Shown here piece after piece: positions 18,750-30,800 of a DNA stretch of 64,000 bases; the stretch's first letter is position 1, and the number at the start of each line of letters is the position of its first letter. The notes under the pieces are model-generated. The model saw only the letters and a list, made by a program, of their open reading frames with translations. It was not told the DNA's origin and made no database searches. The position numbers and the translations under genes were made by a program. The DNA comes from a virus, in IMG/VR virus record IMGVR_UViG_3300045974_000806, positions 46,272-110,271 of that record; one strand, written 5' to 3'.

Positions 18750-21700
18750 TGACCCGTGAAGAGGCAGACAGGCTTGTGTGGCGCGTGCTTGACACGTCCG
18801 TATGGACGGAGAGCATGCCCGTCACGCAGGCGGAACGCATGGTGCAGCACGGCGCGGCGTATGACGCGCTCATTGCCGCGCTGACCGCGCCGCCGGCCGG
18901 CTTCCCCCTGCCTTTGCCGGAGGGACAGCTTTTGGCATGGGAAGAAGGCCACCCACCACGGACCCACTACTGCCTGAGCCCCCACTGCATCCCGTGCCGC
19001 CAGCCCTGGCTGCTTCCAGCGGCCAAAGGAGGGGGCAAGTGACCGTGACCCATGATGAGGCCCGGAGGCTGGTGGACCGGTTCCACCGCGCGCTCCACGC
19101 CCAGATGCTGCTGAACATCACGCGCACGTTGAGCCTGCGCCAGGACCATCCGGGTGAGCCGGCGTGGGAAGCCGCGGTGTCAGAAGCGCATGATGCGGAG
19201 GACATGCTGCTGCGCGCCCTGGTGAAGGAGCACACGCCGGCATCCCCCACGCCGCGGCATGAGCCGGGCTCCAAGGGGACCTGTCTGGTGCCCCTGGGCA
19301 ACGGCATGGTGTGCGGTGAAGCCGTCTATGACAGCCGCGGCGGGACCGTGTGCCGTTCCGGACACGGCGGTGGGCCGTTCCTGCCGCCCTGGGGAGTTGC
19401 CGGATGATCATTCCCGCCAACATTCCGGAACTGTGCGCGTCCATCGGATTGCAGGCCCACGTGCTGACCCTCAAGGGTGCCACGGCCACGGACGGAGAGA
19501 AGGCGTTGCTCCACTACTACGAGTGGCGCGTGAGCCAACTGGCGGCCCAGTACGGGCGTGAGCGTGTGTTGCAGTGGATGAAGGGGAGCGTGGCCAATGA
19601 CGGATGACAAGCGGTGCCGCTACTGCGAAGCGCGCCCGGCCATCAAGGTGCCCAAGCGTGCCAGCACCTTCCCCCAGGCCCCGCCCGCCGGCGTGCTGTG
19701 CATGCGCTGCTACCAAGTCATCCGGAAGGGATGGCACCAACGCTACAAGTGGACCGCGGAGCCGTGGAAGTGGCGCGCGTTCCGGAAAGGGATTCCCCAA
19801 TGACGGATGAGACGAAAGAGCAGCACCACGTTGCTTCCCTGTTGGCCCGGGTGAGTTCGGAGAACGCGCAACTGCGCACGGCCAACGCCGCCCTGCTGAA
19901 GGGCCTGGACAAGGAAACCAAGGAACGCGCCGGCGTGGAGGCGGAGTTGGATGGAGTCCGCGCGCACATGGAGAAGGAAGCGGAGGCCCACCGCGTGGAG
20001 CGCAACCAGTTCCACAAGGACTGGGAGGCCCTGCGCGCGGAGAACAGCCAACTGCGCGCGGAACTGGCGTTCCTGGGCGTGGCGGGGACCGCCGCCTGGA
20101 CGCCCCTGGCCGTCAAGTGCCGAGTGCTCCGCACCCATGGTGCGCAGGACCCCACGCAGGACCCGGTGGAGCGCATGCTCACCACGCTGACGCAGGATGA
20201 CGAACTGGATGCCCGCGGCCTGCCCCGCTACCCATGGGACCACACAAGCAGCGGCTACAAGGACGCGCGCGCCACGGTGACCAACCACATCCGCGGCCTG
20301 GAAGCGCAACTGGCGGAGGCCAAGGACCGCTACAGCACCTTTGTGGTGGGCGCTGCCCAGCGTGAAGCGGACCTGCACGCGCTCTACGAGGCCGCGGCTG
20401 CCCCGGACTTGGTGGAACTGGCCACCGTGCGTGAGGTGGTGTCCGCCCTGGTGGAGGACCGCAAGCGGAACACCGCGGAACTGACGGACCAACGCGCCCA
20501 GACGCAATCATGGTTCCGGAAGGCCCGCACCCTGGAAGAGGAGGTGGCCGCGCTGAATGAGGCGCATGCGGCGGAACGGATGCAGACGTCCCTGGAACGG
20601 GACACGCTGTCCACCGCGGTAGCCACCATGGACCGCGCCCTCAAAGCGACGGAGCAGGCCCTGGCGTTTGCCCTGTCCGGCAACCCGTGCCCGGACCCGT
20701 ACTGTGCGCAGAAGGGATGCGAGAACAGCCTGCCCGGATGCTGCACACGCCACGCACGTGAGATGGCAAAGCCCAAGGTCAAGTAAGCATCAAACACCCA
20801 CAGCATTCCGGAAGACAACCGTGGATTCCGGATAGGAGGACAAGACGCATGCATCCCAATGAAGCAAGGTTCTGGGCGTTCCATCACGACAACCCGGACG
20901 TGTTTGAAACCCTCAAGGCCCTGGCCCGGAAGGCCAAGCACGCCGGCGCGGGCCAGTACGGCATTGCCGCGCTGTTTGAGGTGTTGCGGTGGAGCCGGCT
21001 CATGGACGGCAAGCGGGACGGGGAAGAGTTCAAGCTGAACAACAACTACAAGGCGTTCTACGCGCGCCTGCTGATGGCGGAGTGCCCGGACCTCGCCGGC
21101 TTCTTTGAGACGCGGGAACAGGTGGCCGCATGAACCCGGAACCGTGGACGTGGAAGCGCGTGCTGGCCCAGGCCATCCCAATGGCGCTGGTGATGATTTA
21201 CGCGGTGGTGAACATCCTGCTGGGGGCCAAGTGATGCAGACCTGTGAGACGTGCAAGCACTGGGTGGAGCCGGGCGTGGGTGATGGACCCCCTGGCATGC
21301 GGGACGTTGTGCGCCCGGTGGATGGCGCCACCATGGAGCCCATGGCCATGCCCTGGGAGGTGCGGTGGTGCCAGTCCCCGCGGCTGCTGTTCCATGAGCG
21401 GCCCCCGGAACGTGCCGCCGCCACGCTGTTGGATGGCAGCGGCTACATGGCCGGCCTGTTCACCGGCCCAGACTTTGGATGCACGCTGCATGAGGCCGTG
21501 CTGGATGAGGCCGTGCTGGATGAGGCCCGGCTGGTGGACCTGCGCGCGGAGTGCGTGCGGCTGGTGGAGGCCGGCAAGGTGCTCACGGAAGAGTTCAACG
21601 CGTTGCGTGGACCCATCAACGTGGCGCCGCTGCAAGAGCGCCTGCGCAAGGTGGCCGCCATGCTGGGCATTCCGGAAGAGCCGACGGCACCGGTGAGGGC

Positions 21701-24087
21701 GGCCCACGTGGACGTGCTGGTGGTGGACACACTGACCCCGGATGAGATGGCCCTGCTGGGGAAGCTGAACGCGGTGGAGCGCCTGAACGCCGCGGAGGCC
21801 CAGCGCCTGCGCATGTTCCGCCGCGGTGAGTCCCCATGCCTGTGCGCGTGCAATGGGCCGTCCTTTGCTGGCACGTGCGGCTGTGTCTGCCATGCGGCGG
21901 AGGTGGGTCATGGTTGACATCCCACTCCGGGTGTTCACGCTGTCCTTTGAGGAACAGGTGCTGCTGGGCAAGGACCGGAACCGCGCGAAGCTGACGGAAG
22001 AGGAATACCGGGTTCTTCGCGCATCACGGAACCGGGCATGGCAGGTGCTTGAGAAGGAGCGCGCGGCCAAGCGCAAGTGGGGCGTGTGCCGGGAGTGCCA
22101 CGCCAGGGTGCGCCTGCTTGATTCCGGAAAGGCCCGCATCCATGAGGTGCGGGTCTTCACGGAGTTTGCAACCACCGTGCGCCGGAGCATGGCCCGGGCC
22201 ATGACGTGCGCCGGTAGCTACCGCTCCACGCTTCCGGACACCGCGGCCATCCCCAGCATAAGCGTGACGCGCTTGTTTGAGGAGTTGAGTCTCATGCGCT
22301 CCACGCGGCGTGGCTTGGTGAACACGGGTGAATGGTTCCCAGCCCGGAAAGACCTTGAGGCCGCCCTGCGCGCCGCGGGGTATGAGGTGGAGACGTGAGG
22401 ACATCCTGCGCGGTCCCTGTGTGGCGTTGGGAGGGCAACGGCCGGGCCTGGACGGACCCCAACACGCGTGTGTTGGTCCGGACGTACACCGCGGCCCCAA
22501 CCCTGTTGCTGACGGTTGACGTTTGGTGGCTCCGCATGCGCGGATTCACCGTTGTGTGGAGGTGGGCATGTTGAGCGCGCACGCAAAGCTGCTGGACCGG
22601 ATGGAGAAGCTGCAAGCCGCCTACGCGGTCCTGAAGAAACCTCCGGAAGGGCTGTGGCTGACCTGGGATGACGCCCAGGCCATCCTGGCGTTCATGGCCG
22701 GCGTTCCCACCACCACCATCTGCGACCAGTGCCAGCGCGTCCAGATGCTGATGCCCGCCCCTGGTGCCCGCACCGGGATTGTCCCTGTCCAGGCCGGCGG
22801 AGGTGGCATTGCCCTGGCCGTGGTGGAGCAGGACCCGCACGCCCACCTCCGCGGCTGCGGCGTGGCGGCCAACGGCTACCACGCACCGGCGGACGGTGGA
22901 GGCCATTGCGCGCTGTGCGGGACCATTGGCCCCTGGCACGCGACTGGGGGCAACACGTGAGCCCCCTGGACACCCTGGTGGACGCCCTGGTGGCATCCGT
23001 GCGCGCCCAGGCAGTGGCGGACTGGGCAACCGCCTACGGGAATGCGGAGCCGGACCCCAAGGCGCCCGGCGTGGTGGTAACCGCCCGGAAGGCCCTGGTG
23101 GACTACGTGCGGGGTTTGGAGGCCCAGGTGGATACCTGGGACCGGCTGGCCCTGGAAGCGGACGTGGAGGCCGCCCAGGCCCCTTCCGTGGACCCCGCGG
23201 ACGTGCAGCGGGTGGTGGCGCGGGCGGAGCGGCTGGCCCAGAACGCCCAGGTGAGCGGCATGGTGGACCACGCGGTGGCCATGGCATCCGCTATGGCCGG
23301 CCACGCGGGCGTGCGGTCCCAGGAATGCTGGGAGTGCGGCATCCTGCCCGGGATCTTGGACACGGTGGAGGTATGGGTGCGGGCGTTCCTGGCACCGGAC
23401 ACCACCACCGCCCAGGTGCAGTTCCACCTGGGTTGCTACAAGGGCTGCCAGGAATGCCACGTGGTGGAGGGGCACCTTCTCTGGTGCTCACAACGGAGGG
23501 AAGCATGAGCCCAGGACAGATGGCCGCGGAGTGTGCCCGCGTGCTGCAAGGCGGCATGGAGCGCGTGACGTTCGTGGTGGACCGCAAGCCCACGCGTTCC
23601 GGAAGGGTGCGCCTCACGCCCAAGTCCGGACCCTGGGGTGAGGTGGCGTGCGTCAACGCGGATGGCGCCACGGTGGCGTGGTTCAAGGCCCTGGACGTCC
23701 TGGCCTGGATGGGCGCCAACGGCATGGTCAAGATCACCGTGGTGCCCAAGGCGCCGGGCGTGCCGCCCGCGGCCGTGAGGAAGGTTCCGGAACATGCCTA
23801 AGAGCCCCATCCCCGGCGTGACCGTCTACGCGCATCCCAAGCACCGCAAGGAGGTGGCCGCGGAAGTCCGGAAGGGCAACGTGCCCGCGCGCCACGCCTG
23901 GGCCGCCGGCCCGGACATCACCACGCTGACGCCGGCGGAGATGGCCGCGGTCACCTACGCGCTGTTGCAGGCCCAGGGGGAGCGGCTGGCCGCGGAATGG
24001 TGGGGCACGTTCCTGGCCGGCATCCGCCGCGGGCTTGAGGTGACCACCGCGGCCCGCGTGGCCCTGGAACGCTGGGACATCGGATGA
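18749..24087 (+). other. run of small accessory hypothetical genes, including coiled-coil protein 19800-20786 and ORF 20849-21133
   Basis: coupled ORFs; 20849 ORF has FWAFHHDNPDV..FEVLRW..FKLNNNYKAFYARL, a pattern I recognise from other phage proteins. Confidence 0.55.
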
Positions 24088-24227
24088 TCCGGGTCATCTA
24101 CACAACCAGCCCGGACGAGGGCGCGGAGGCGGACGGTTCCCAATGGGTGCGCGCGTCCATGGCCTGGACGGCCGTCAAGCTGTGCTTCCTGGCCGGCGTG
24201 ATGCTTGGCGCCCTGATCCGGAGTGTA

Positions 24228-24267
24228 TGCTTTTTGTATTGACTTCCGGAATGGCCGGCTCTAGCGT
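24228..24267 (+). promoter_or_regulatory. conserved sigma70-like promoter, copy 3
   Basis: TGCTTTTTGTA-TTGACT-N17-TAGCGT. Confidence 0.75.
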
Positions 24268-24309
24268 CCCCCTCTGCCGGAACAAACCGGCCTTGACCCG
24301 GAGCCGCCC

Positions 24310-24657
24310 ATGACCACCGCCACCCTGCCCGCCCTGAAGACCGTCCCCGCCTTTGACGTCATTGAAGCCTGGGTGGATGCCCAGGAACTGGCCGCGGCCC
24401 GCAAGGCCCTGGCGGAGAAGAACGCCACGCTGTCCAGCGTGAAGCTGACGGACGCCCAGGTCCGCACCCTGCGCTACATCCTGGCCAAGGGCGGCGTGAG
24501 CCTGGATGCCCTGCACATGGGCAGCGTGAAGACCTGGGGCGAGTGCCGCAAGACCACGGTGTTCAACCTGTTCCGCATGGGTCTGGTGGAGCGCACCGGC
24601 ACGCTCTACTTCGTGAGCGCCGCGGGCTGCATGGCCGTCAACAAGGCGGAGGGCTGA
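24310..24657 (+). CDS. hypothetical protein (possible winged helix)
   Basis: RBS GGAG; downstream of promoter copy 3. Confidence 0.65.
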   Translation: MTTATLPALKTVPAFDVIEAWVDAQELAAARKALAEKNATLSSVKLTDAQVRTLRYILAKGGVSLDALHMGSVKTWGECRKTTVFNLFRMGLVERTGTLYFVSAAGCMAVNKAEG

Positions 24658-24660
24658 ACC

Positions 24661-24987
24661 ATGGCGCGCTACCTGGGCAAGTGCCGGACGTGCAAGACGG
24701 TGCTCCGCGCGGAGGCCACCGGGCGTGTCCAGGCCGTGGCCGGCAAGCAGCGCACGGTGTTCACGTTCCCCAACGGGGAGCAGGCCCAGGACACCAAGCG
24801 CACGTTCGTGGAGTGCTGGACCTGTACCGCGGCCGGCGTGTCCCGCGGCGGCCTTCCGGTCCACGTGGAACTCCGCCGCGTGGTGGGCGTGAAGACGGAT
24901 GCGCCGTGCAGCGCCAAGTGCCTTGCGTCCACGGGCTTCAACTGCGAGTGCGCGTGCGGCGGTGCCAACCACGGAAGCGGGCACTGA
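24661..24987 (+). CDS. Cys-rich metal-binding protein
   Basis: CRTC, CWTC, CSAKCLASTGFNCECACGGANHG. Confidence 0.7.
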   Translation: MARYLGKCRTCKTVLRAEATGRVQAVAGKQRTVFTFPNGEQAQDTKRTFVECWTCTAAGVSRGGLPVHVELRRVVGVKTDAPCSAKCLASTGFNCECACGGANHGSGH

Positions 24988-25042
24988 CCGCGCCGTCAAG
25001 TGTGGCGGGCGCCGGCCCTTGCCCGTACAGTGGCCGGATGCC

Positions 25043-26040
25043 AATGCCGGACCTTCCGGACATCATGCTGGACGTCACGCCCACCCTGGCCCTGGAACGC
25101 AGGGACGGGATGTGGCGCTACGTGTCCAAGTCCGGCCATGACCTGACCGCAGTGCTGAATGAACTTGAGAAGCAGGCCGCGCGCCTGGACCACCGCAGCA
25201 AGCTGTGCCTGGAAGCGGCTGCCCTTCTCCGCGCCCAGGCCAACCACCAAGGGAGTCATCCATGACGCTTCACCTCGTCCAGGGGGAAGGTTCCCCCGCC
25301 ATGCCCCCGCACGCAGCCCACTATCCGCCCAGGTGCGCCCTGGTGCTCAGGGAGCAGGCCCAGCACGCGGGATACGAGGTGGAAGAGGGATGCACGGATG
25401 ACGGCTGGTATGTGACCCTGGTGCGGCCCGGCCAGGAACTCCACGCCCTGGGGACCACGCCGCACGCGGCCCTGGAACGCGCCCTGGCCATGGCCACCTC
25501 CCACGCGCTCCACAGCCGGCACGCATCCCGGCAAGCCGCACGGTGAGCACCATGGACCCGCAACGCTTGGCCTCCGCCCTGGCGGCCCTGGACGTGGTGT
25601 TGGACCGGACCACGCACGCCGCGGTGTGCGGCCTCTATGACAACCCGCCGGGGGACGCCTGCACGTGCGGGCTCAACACGGCGCGCGTGGAGGTGGAGAT
25701 GCTGGCGCATGAGTTGGACGCCAGCCTGACGCCCCCGCCGGCCCCCACGTTGGAGGCCCTGCGGGAGGAATGGGTGGGCACCGTGCTCAAGGACGCCGGC
25801 CTCACGGACGGGTGCCTGCGCGACATGCCGGACGGCGCCCTGGTGTGCATTGACGGCGGGGAGTTGCTGCACGCCCAGGACTGGCTGAAGCGGGACCATC
25901 TGTGGACGCAGCAAGCGGGCACCAAGCTGTCCAGCAGCACGGCCCTGCTGGCCATGGCCCGCCGCAACAGCGCCACCATCCGGGTGATGGCGGTGCTGGA
26001 CCCGCCCCCGCCCTTCCAAGGCATCCTGGGCCACGGCTGA
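25043..26040 (+). other. three small hypothetical genes (about 25043-25265, 25262-25546, 25543-26040)
   Basis: coupled ATGA/GTGA overlaps. Confidence 0.5.
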
Positions 26041-26084
26041 CCCAACCTTCCGGAAGCACGGCCGCGGTGGTACTGCTGGCCCCC

Positions 26085-27836
26085 ATGGACCTTCCGGAAG
26101 CCACGCCGCCAACCGCGGCCCTGTCCCCGTTTGACGTGCTCTACATGCAGGAGTCCTGCGCCTACTTCGCGCACCAGATGCTGCGCGGCCCCGCGGACCC
26201 GCCCTACAACGGCAAGTTCCTTGTGAGCCAACACCATGAGGCGTGGGACAGGCTGGTGCATGGCAACAAGCGCCTGTGCGTGCTGGCGCCCCGCGACCAC
26301 GGGAAAACCTATTTCTTCGACTTCGCCTATCCAATCTGGAAGGCGGCGCACAACCCGCATGGCCGCGGCTACATCTTCTCCGCCACGCAGGACCAAGCGG
26401 TGCGAATCCTCTCGGACATCAAAGACGAGATCGAGGACAACCCGCGCCTGCGCCACCTCATGCCGCAACCACGTGAGACGTGGAGCAAGACCGCCATCAA
26501 GCTGGCCAACGGCCACCGCATCTTTGCCCGCGGCTACGGCACCAAGATCCGCGGCGCGCATCCCAACTGGATTGTGGTGGATGACGGGCTGAACGACGAG
26601 GACGCCTATTCGGAACTGGTGCGCCAGAAGCACATTGACTACTTCCTGACGGCCATCAGCAACATGATCGTGCCCAACGGCCAGATCGTGGTGGTGGGCA
26701 CGCCCTTCCACGCGCTGGACCTCTACGGCAAGGGCGACGGGCGCCTGGGCGACAACCCGGAGTATGCGTTCCGGAGGTTCCCCGCCCTGGACTCCGCCGG
26801 CAACCCGTTGTGGCCAGACCGGTATGACGCCACCGCGTTGCAGCGGAAGCGCCGCGAGATCGGCAGCGTGCGGTTCACGCGTGAGTTCCTGTGTGAGCCC
26901 ATCTCCGACGACATGAGCATCTTCCCTGGCCGCCTGTTCGTCGGGGACCCGGTGGAGCAGTTCACCGTGCGCCTGGGTGAGCCCATCGCGCGCTGGCGTG
27001 AACTGGGCATCACGTCCGTGTTCATCGGCGTGGACCTCGCAATCAGCACCACCACGTCCGCGGACTATACGGTGGTGGTGGTGCTGGGCGTGGACAAGTT
27101 TGGCAACCGGTGGGTGATGGACATCTTCCGGAAGCGCGGCATGCCCTACCAGCAGCAACTCTCCGTCGTGCAGGCCATGGGCAAGCGGTATGACGCGGAC
27201 CTGATATTCATCGAGTCCAACCAGATGCAGCGCGTGGTGGGTGACGACCTGATTAGGCTCACGGACCTGCCCATCAAGAAGTTCAACACCACGGGCCGCG
27301 GCAAGGGCCTGAAGCATCCAACCACCAACACGGTGAGCGCCAACAAGAACACCCTGGAAGGCGGCGTGCCCGTGTTGCGCGTGCTGTTGGAGAACCAAAA
27401 GTTCCGGATTCCCCGCGGGGACGCACGCAGCGTGGAACTGACGGACCAGTGGATCAGTGAGATGAAGTCCTTCACGTGGCTGGAAGGCAAGCTGAAGGGC
27501 GTGGGCGGGCATGATGACACCGTGATGGCCCTGTGGATTGCTGACCAAGCGGTGCGCTCCGGCGGGTTCTCATTCAGCACGGGCGCGGAGAAGGATGACG
27601 CCGCGTCCCTGGCGGAACTCATGAAGGAGCAGACGGAGGAGCCGGAGGAGGAAAAGGACGCGCCCACGGAGGAGGCCGCGGCCCGGGCCTTCCTTGAGGG
27701 CATTGTGGGGGCGGACGAGGGGGAGATTGACGCGGCCCTGGAAGCAACGCATGCAGCCAACCTTGTGGATGAAGAGGCGGTGGACGCGGTAGGCTCCGTT
27801 TGGTCCCGCTTGCCTGGGCTTTCCGGAAGGTTCTGA
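26085..27836 (+). CDS. terL: terminase large subunit
   Basis: Walker A LAPRDHGKT, Walker B WIVVDD, VVGTPFH, nuclease GVDLA..SADYT, HDDTVMALW. Confidence 0.93.
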   Translation: MDLPEATPPTAALSPFDVLYMQESCAYFAHQMLRGPADPPYNGKFLVSQHHEAWDRLVHGNKRLCVLAPRDHGKTYFFDFAYPIWKAAHNPHGRGYIFSATQDQAVRILSDIKDEIEDNPRLRHLMPQPRETWSKTAIKLANGHRIFARGYGTKIRGAHPNWIVVDDGLNDEDAYSELVRQKHIDYFLTAISNMIVPNGQIVVVGTPFHALDLYGKGDGRLGDNPEYAFRRFPALDSAGNPLWPDRYDATALQRKRREIGSVRFTREFLCEPISDDMSIFPGRLFVGDPVEQFTVRLGEPIARWRELGITSVFIGVDLAISTTTSADYTVVVVLGVDKFGNRWVMDIFRKRGMPYQQQLSVVQAMGKRYDADLIFIESNQMQRVVGDDLIRLTDLPIKKFNTTGRGKGLKHPTTNTVSANKNTLEGGVPVLRVLLENQKFRIPRGDARSVELTDQWISEMKSFTWLEGKLKGVGGHDDTVMALWIADQAVRSGGFSFSTGAEKDDAASLAELMKEQTEEPEEEKDAPTEEAAARAFLEGIVGADEGEIDAALEATHAANLVDEEAVDAVGSVWSRLPGLSGRF

Positions 27837-27839
27837 CCA

Positions 27840-30800
27840 ATGGTTGCAGACCGCATTGCAGGCACCGCAGACCGCATGGGCGCCATGATGCCCCGTGCCC
27901 AGTCCCAGCGGTTCGTGGTGACCCAATACGGCGCCCCGCCGGAGCCCATGACCCCAGGGCAGGTTCCCGGCGTCACGCCCATCCCTGGCCTGTTCAGCCT
28001 GCCGGCCGCGGACCCTACGCCGGCCGCCCTGCTGGATGACCGCCCGGTGGTGACCGTGGAGGGCGTGACGCGGGACCTGGGCCTGGACCCGGCCCAGGAC
28101 AACGCGCTCCGGAAGTACGTGCAGACCATCATCACCGCGGACAATGAGGCGGTGCTGCGCCAGCAGGTGGTGAGTTACGCCATGACCGCCGGCTTTGACC
28201 CGGACACGCGGCGCATCCTGCTGGCCAGGGTGCTCAAGTTCTACGCGTCCAAGGGCAAGAGCCAGGGCAAGCTGGCCATCCTGAAGCAGGCCGTGCGCGG
28301 GCTCCGGAATAAGCCCAGCGGCGCGGAGGCCACCATGGAGAAGGCCGGCCCGTTCATTGGCCCCAAGGGCGGGAAGTGGGCGGACGCGGCCCACAAGGTT
28401 CCGTGGGTGGACCAAGCGGCGGACCTCAAGCCCCATGGGACCATGCAGCCGCATGAAGTCCTGGCGGAACTGAAGGCCCAGGACCGCGCCGGCAAGCACG
28501 GCAAAGAGCAGGACGCCGCCGCCTACCACGTTCCGGAAGAGGAGCACGTGCTGGTGGACGTGCCTGTGGACCACACGCTGGACCATGACGTTTACGACAG
28601 GGACACGGGAGACTCCGGCGGGCTGGACAGCAGGACCGGAACGCACCTGGGGGCGCACAAGAAGGCGCGCGTGGAAGACTACGCAGCGCGCACCACCAAG
28701 GCCCCGCCCATCCACCTCACCTATGGCGCCCGCGCCCAGCAGAAGGCGCATGGTCAAGCCGGCGTGATGCAGGGCAACCACCGCCTGGAAGCGGCCAAGC
28801 AACGCGGGGACGGCACCATCACCGCCATGATGCCCAGGTCGCACTTTGAAGCCTGGAAGGCGCACCGGGAGAAGCGGTTCGTGGAGGGCCATGCCCACTG
28901 GCGGGACGTGGAACTGCCCGCCTTTCGTGAGCGTGATGGGCTGGACAAGTCCCAGTTCGACGAGGATGACACCATGCAGAAGAGCAGCGGCCCGTTCATC
29001 GGTCCCAACGGCGGCAAGTGGCGGGATGCGAAGCACACGCAGCACTGGACCGCGGAGGATGAGCGCGCCCACCGCGGCCCCAACCCGCACGTCCAGCACG
29101 TGCCCTGGGACAGTGGGACGCACGACAAGCCAACCAACAAGCCAATGCCCGCGGGCGCCTCGCATGGCACCTACGCCACCGCCGACAAGCCGGGCTACGC
29201 CACCGTTGTGACTGACCGCGCGGCAGCGGACGCCTGGGACAAGGAGACGCGCGCCGCGGCGGAGGCCGCAGACCGGTCTGCGGACATCCATCGCATGGTG
29301 CCCAGGCCGGTGGGCGTCATGCACTACCCCACCAAGGGTGAGACGGGCAGCGTCCCCATTGCATCCCAGCACGGCCTCTACACGGTGCATCCGGAGACGG
29401 GCGTCATGCCCATTGTGGACCGCGGCTGGACGCAATCCCGCCCAGGCCCACGCAAGCGTGCTTGGACCGTCAGCCACGCGCCTTCGGGCCTGCGCGTGAA
29501 GCAGACCTTGACCTCCCGGGAAGCCGCGGAGGCCCTGGCCCGGCACATGGCGAAGCACGCGCCCACCGCCGGCGCGTCATGGGTGCTGGGGCACACGCCG
29601 GCCAAGGAAGATCCGGAACTGCAACACATTGTGACCACGCGCGCCGCCCACCTCACCCAGGTGAAGGCGGAGAAGGACGCCAAGGAGGCCGTGTCCCGTG
29701 AGGCATCTGACCGGGCCTACCGGGAAGCTGAAGCCCGCGAGAAAGCGGACGAGGAGCGCCTTTTGGTCCCCACGGCCGCGGTGGACTACGCGGTGACGGA
29801 TGCCAAGGCGCACGCCAAGGACGCCCCGCCGGCGTTCCGGAGGGAGCACGACAACGGCGTGGAGTTCGCGGCCAAGATCGTGGCGGACAAGCAGTTCCGT
29901 GACCCGGCGTTCTCGGACACGCGCAAGCAGATGGCCACCACGGACAACATGCACGGCAAGGGCATGGTCCTGGCGGCCCACGTGGCCCACCTTCCGGAAG
30001 ACGAGGCCCATTCCTGGCTGACGCGCATGGCCCAGGACAAGGCCCTGGGGAAGCCCAAGGGCCGCGGTGGCCATGGCGGTTCCGCGGGTGAGCACTTCCG
30101 GAACCTCAAGTCCAACAGCCCGTTCTGGCACGGCGTCTACGCGTTTGGGCACCACCTGCAAGTGGGCGTGGACCCGGAGCGCCGGGCCGGCTTCAACAAG
30201 GACAACAAGGCCCGGCTGGCGGCGGCCCACCCGGGCGTGGTGGAGCAGCGCCTGGAAGCGCCGGCCCCGGAGCGTGACCCCGCGCATGACTACGGCTTCA
30301 CGCCCAACACCGCGGAGGTGGTGCCCGCCGGCGACCCCGGCGTGAACTGGGGTCCGGACGCAGCCACCAAGGACGCATGGTCCCGCGAGGCCCAGACAGC
30401 CCTGGACAACATCAGCGAGATGCACGCCGCCCCGCCCACGTTCACCATTCCGGAACACCCTCCGGAACCCGTGGTGGTGGCCATGCCCACCGCCGCGGAC
30501 GTGGCCCCCACCCGCGCGCCCAGGGGCAAGGCCGCCAAGGCGCCGGCCAAGCAGATGGACCTGTTTGGGAAGGCCACGGCGTTCCACGTGGACCCGCTGC
30601 TGGCACTGGCCACCGTGCTGTCCAAGGCCGCCACCCCGTTCCTGGGGCCGCACGGCGGGAAGTGGGCCAACGCCGCGCACACCATCCCGTGGAGTGACAA
30701 GGTGCATGGGGAGAAGGCCAGCGCCACGCCCCACGCCGCGTTCCACCCGGACATCAAGGCCCTGGGGGAGATGACCCGCACCGGCCGCGCGGACCCGGAC

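Noticed and set aside
21491-21527. 15-nt tandem duplication encoding EAVLD-EAVLD-EA
   Set aside because: Single in-frame slippage duplication with no sign of function.
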